This document shows, piece after piece, positions 36,360-38,704 of a DNA stretch of 38,704 nt. The notes beneath the pieces are model-generated. The model ran no database searches. It was not told the origin of the DNA and saw nothing but the letters and a program-made list of their open reading frames with translations. The stretch's first letter is position 1, and each line of letters opens with the position of its first letter. The position numbers and the translations under genes were made by a program. The stretch covers positions 1 through 38,704 of the forward strand of contig JYFJ02003735.1 of NCBI GenBank assembly GCA_000934665.2, given 5' to 3'. This stretch comes from Catajapyx aquilonaris. Its lineage: Eukaryota.

Positions 36360-36717
36360 TTTTTTTTTTTTTTAAATATTATTATTGATACCCCGTGCTC
36401 GAGCCATTCGGCTCATTTAGGGGGGTGGCATACCACCATCAGTTTTCCGTATTTCTTCAAACTCCGTGCAAGGGCTTGATTCAGGATATAAAGTAGGGAA
36501 AGGGATTGTTGGGGAGGGGACACTTGTGCAGGTGCATTGTCCTAGCCTTTTGGGCCATGTGCAGTCCCACAGGAGGTTAGGTTGCCAGACACCTCCTTGG
36601 TGCAGGTCAGAGACCCTCCCGACGCAGGTGAAAGGAAGTTCCCCAGGCGGGGATCAAACCTGGGGCCTTTCACTCAGCAAGCCGAGACGTTACCATCTCG
36701 GCCACCACACCTCCCCC
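36360..36717 (-). mobile_element. tRNA-derived SINE, fourth type, with poly(A) end
   Basis: Head GGTGGCCGAGATGGTAAC..GGTTTGATCCC; 10-bp TSD TGCTGGAAAC; 3' tail shared with the Ser-like SINE. Confidence 0.85.
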
Positions 36718-38118
36718 TGCTGGAAACAATTTTACTCGCATAGAAGTCTGTAAATTAATTTCCAAAAAGATCACCGCACAGTATACCCACTATATTTCCG
36801 CCTAGATTTTCCCTCCTGTTCAACTTACAAGTATTCTGAAGGTAAGGGTAAGATATTTTACAAATAGTAACAGCTATACTTACCCGTTCATGCAAAACAC
36901 AACGTGTGTATTGGAAACAATTTTCCTTGGCTATAAGTCAGTAAATTAATGTCAAAAAAGATCACTGTAAAATATGAAAATCCAAGTACTACTGGCCATC
37001 TGTTAGGGTGATTAAATTATGAAATACGGTACAATATACGTAATAACAATCTTGAGAACCATACCAGAAGGCTTTGTTGAAATCGTTGTACTTTCCGAGA
37101 AATAAATCAATACTTTTCTGCGACTTGCATGTCACTTCGGATAACTCCCATTTACTTATTTCTCGAAAAGTACGACGATTTCAGATACTGAAATTGGCAC
37201 TCTTCTCAAAATTGTTATTCCGCATATTTAACTGTATTTCATAATTAAATCAGCCTAACAGTTGGCTGGCAGTGCTCGAATTTCGAGTTTTTACAGCGAA
37301 ATTAATTTAGGGACTTCTATGGGAGGAAAATTGTTCGCAGCACATTCATTGTGTTTTCCATGAATGGGTAAATATGGCTGTAATTATTTGTAAAATATCT
37401 TGTCCATATCTTCAGAGTAGTTGTAAGGGAAAATCAAGGCGATGGAGGGTATAGCCGGTAGTGCATGGTCGAGTTCTCATTGCCTAGATTCCAAGTGGCT
37501 GGGGGCGAATGGGTTAAAGGGAAATGTATGCCAGAGAAATGTTTTACAAATATTGATTATGTTGACAAAATATGGCCTTCACCAATTTTTTATTCGTGTC
37601 AAGAAATAATAGAAATTAACTGCATGAGATTGTGGAGCATAATTATATATCAAGTAATTTTGAGCACGGTCTCCCCAAGTTTTCCCCTACAGTATAAGAG
37701 AACATCAAATGCACCAAGTAACACACCATCATCAGTGAACATTCATGAATGTCCAGTATACCACTGTTCAGTGTTCAGTGAGCAAGTGAATGTTCATCAC
37801 TGTACATCTACATTGGATATATTTTGTCCATTTATTAATGTCCTGTATATGTCAAGTTAATGTGACAATGGAGATCTCCATAACACCAGATATGACGTTA
37901 AATTCATGACCTGTGAATCAGACCATGGAAATATTTTAAAATATAGCAATCCAGTTCTAGACTTTCAAGAAATTATAGACAGGTGAACATTCGTTGAATA
38001 TTCATATGTTACGGGGGCTGCACTTTCTATATAATCACCCTTTTATTTAACTACAATGTTCTGGGTTGCACATAACTTATAATCAGATGACGGCCTGCCC
38101 CAGTGTGACTTTACTTAC

Positions 38119-38166
38119 AGCTCCAGCACCCATAATAGGGTCCCAAGTACGTAAGGACCTGGTCAC
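38119..38166 (-). other. Candidate 48-nt upstream exon (possibly FKBPL-like leader)
   Basis: Minus-strand acceptor tcttcattcag| and donor GCT|gtaagt; a further donor CAG|gtgata at 38648 lies in CpG-rich DNA near a TATCGATA (DRE) motif. Confidence 0.4.
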
Positions 38167-38704
38167 CTGAATGAAGACATCTTGCAGAGTTGCCAACCTC
38201 GCCAGAGAGGGTATCGTAGTATCAGCGTTGCCAACTTGTACGATAATTATCGTTTTGTACGATGAATCGACCCTCTGTACGATGTACGATAGTCCCACGT
38301 ACGATACCGTCAATTGTATGATCATTTGAAAGTAATGAATCGTTATTAGGATTTTTCTTCTTCTTTCGAATTAACGGCGTAAAACCTGTACTTAGTCTGT
38401 TACATTCACCTAAACGTGTGTGACCTTGAACCCATTTTTTTTTCCTTCTTGCCAGCCTCTTCGCTGATTTTCCTTTTTCCGACAAGTTCCACATGCCTTT
38501 ATGCCGTTCGAAAAAATATCGATGCTTACAATATATCGATGTTATCGATATCTTTGGCCGATACGTGGCCGATATATCTGCATATCGACATCGTAAGATA
38601 GTTCAGTCCAGCCCACGGACACTTATACTACGTTCTGGCGTTATCACCTGCCGAGGGATTACGCACCGGGTGGCCACTTGAGATCGCTACGAGACATTTC
38701 CCAA

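Larger units (their letters stand above)
34095..37513. mobile_element. TTAA-specific palindromic MITE expanded to 3.4 kb by nested insertions
   Basis: TTAA|CCCCTTCGGCCCCAGCCACCTAGAATCTAGGC ... GCCTAGATTCCAAGTGGCTGGGGGCGAATGGG|TTAA; intact palindromic core at ~36790-37513. Confidence 0.82.

Noticed and set aside
20742..36717. tRNA-like sequences with A/B boxes
   Set aside because: They lack intact acceptor stems and continue into shared bodies, tails and TSDs, so they are SINE heads rather than tRNA genes.
38184..38330. CAG.GTTGCCAAC starts followed by GTACGAT repeats
   Set aside because: Looks like a truncated hAT-type left end with subterminal repeats; no matching right TIR or TSD was found, so it is not called as an element.

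Overview
Eukaryotic (arthropod, probably insect) genomic DNA with GT-AG introns and dense transposon content. Two protein-coding genes are well supported and converge tail-to-tail. The first is an 8-exon atlastin (ER-fusion GTPase) on the + strand, join(12914..12959,15210..15415,16965..17405,18957..19280,19423..19644,20088..20302,20408..20474,24773..24892), 546 aa with all phases consistent. The second is an FKBP-like/TPR co-chaperone (FKBPL-like) with an uninterrupted CDS on the - strand (28004..28831). A probable first exon of a third, minus-strand gene (~4946-5220) carries four upstream AUGs; no CDS for it could be identified in the window. By hand tally roughly 12 kb is non-autonomous mobile DNA: Tc1/mariner/pogo-, hAT-, Harbinger-, Kolobok-, Mutator- and piggyBac-type MITEs, and at least four tRNA-derived SINE types, several in deep nests. 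No autonomous element, CRISPR array, rRNA or intact tRNA was found. I could not substantiate a wholly new biological system. The best leads are the uORF-packed leader, modular SINE and MITE end-swapping, a 24-bp micro-element, an apparent field of transposon excision footprints, and possible reuse of a mariner TIR as a poly(A) signal. Superfamily assignments rest on TIR/TSD patterns read by eye; no database searches were run.
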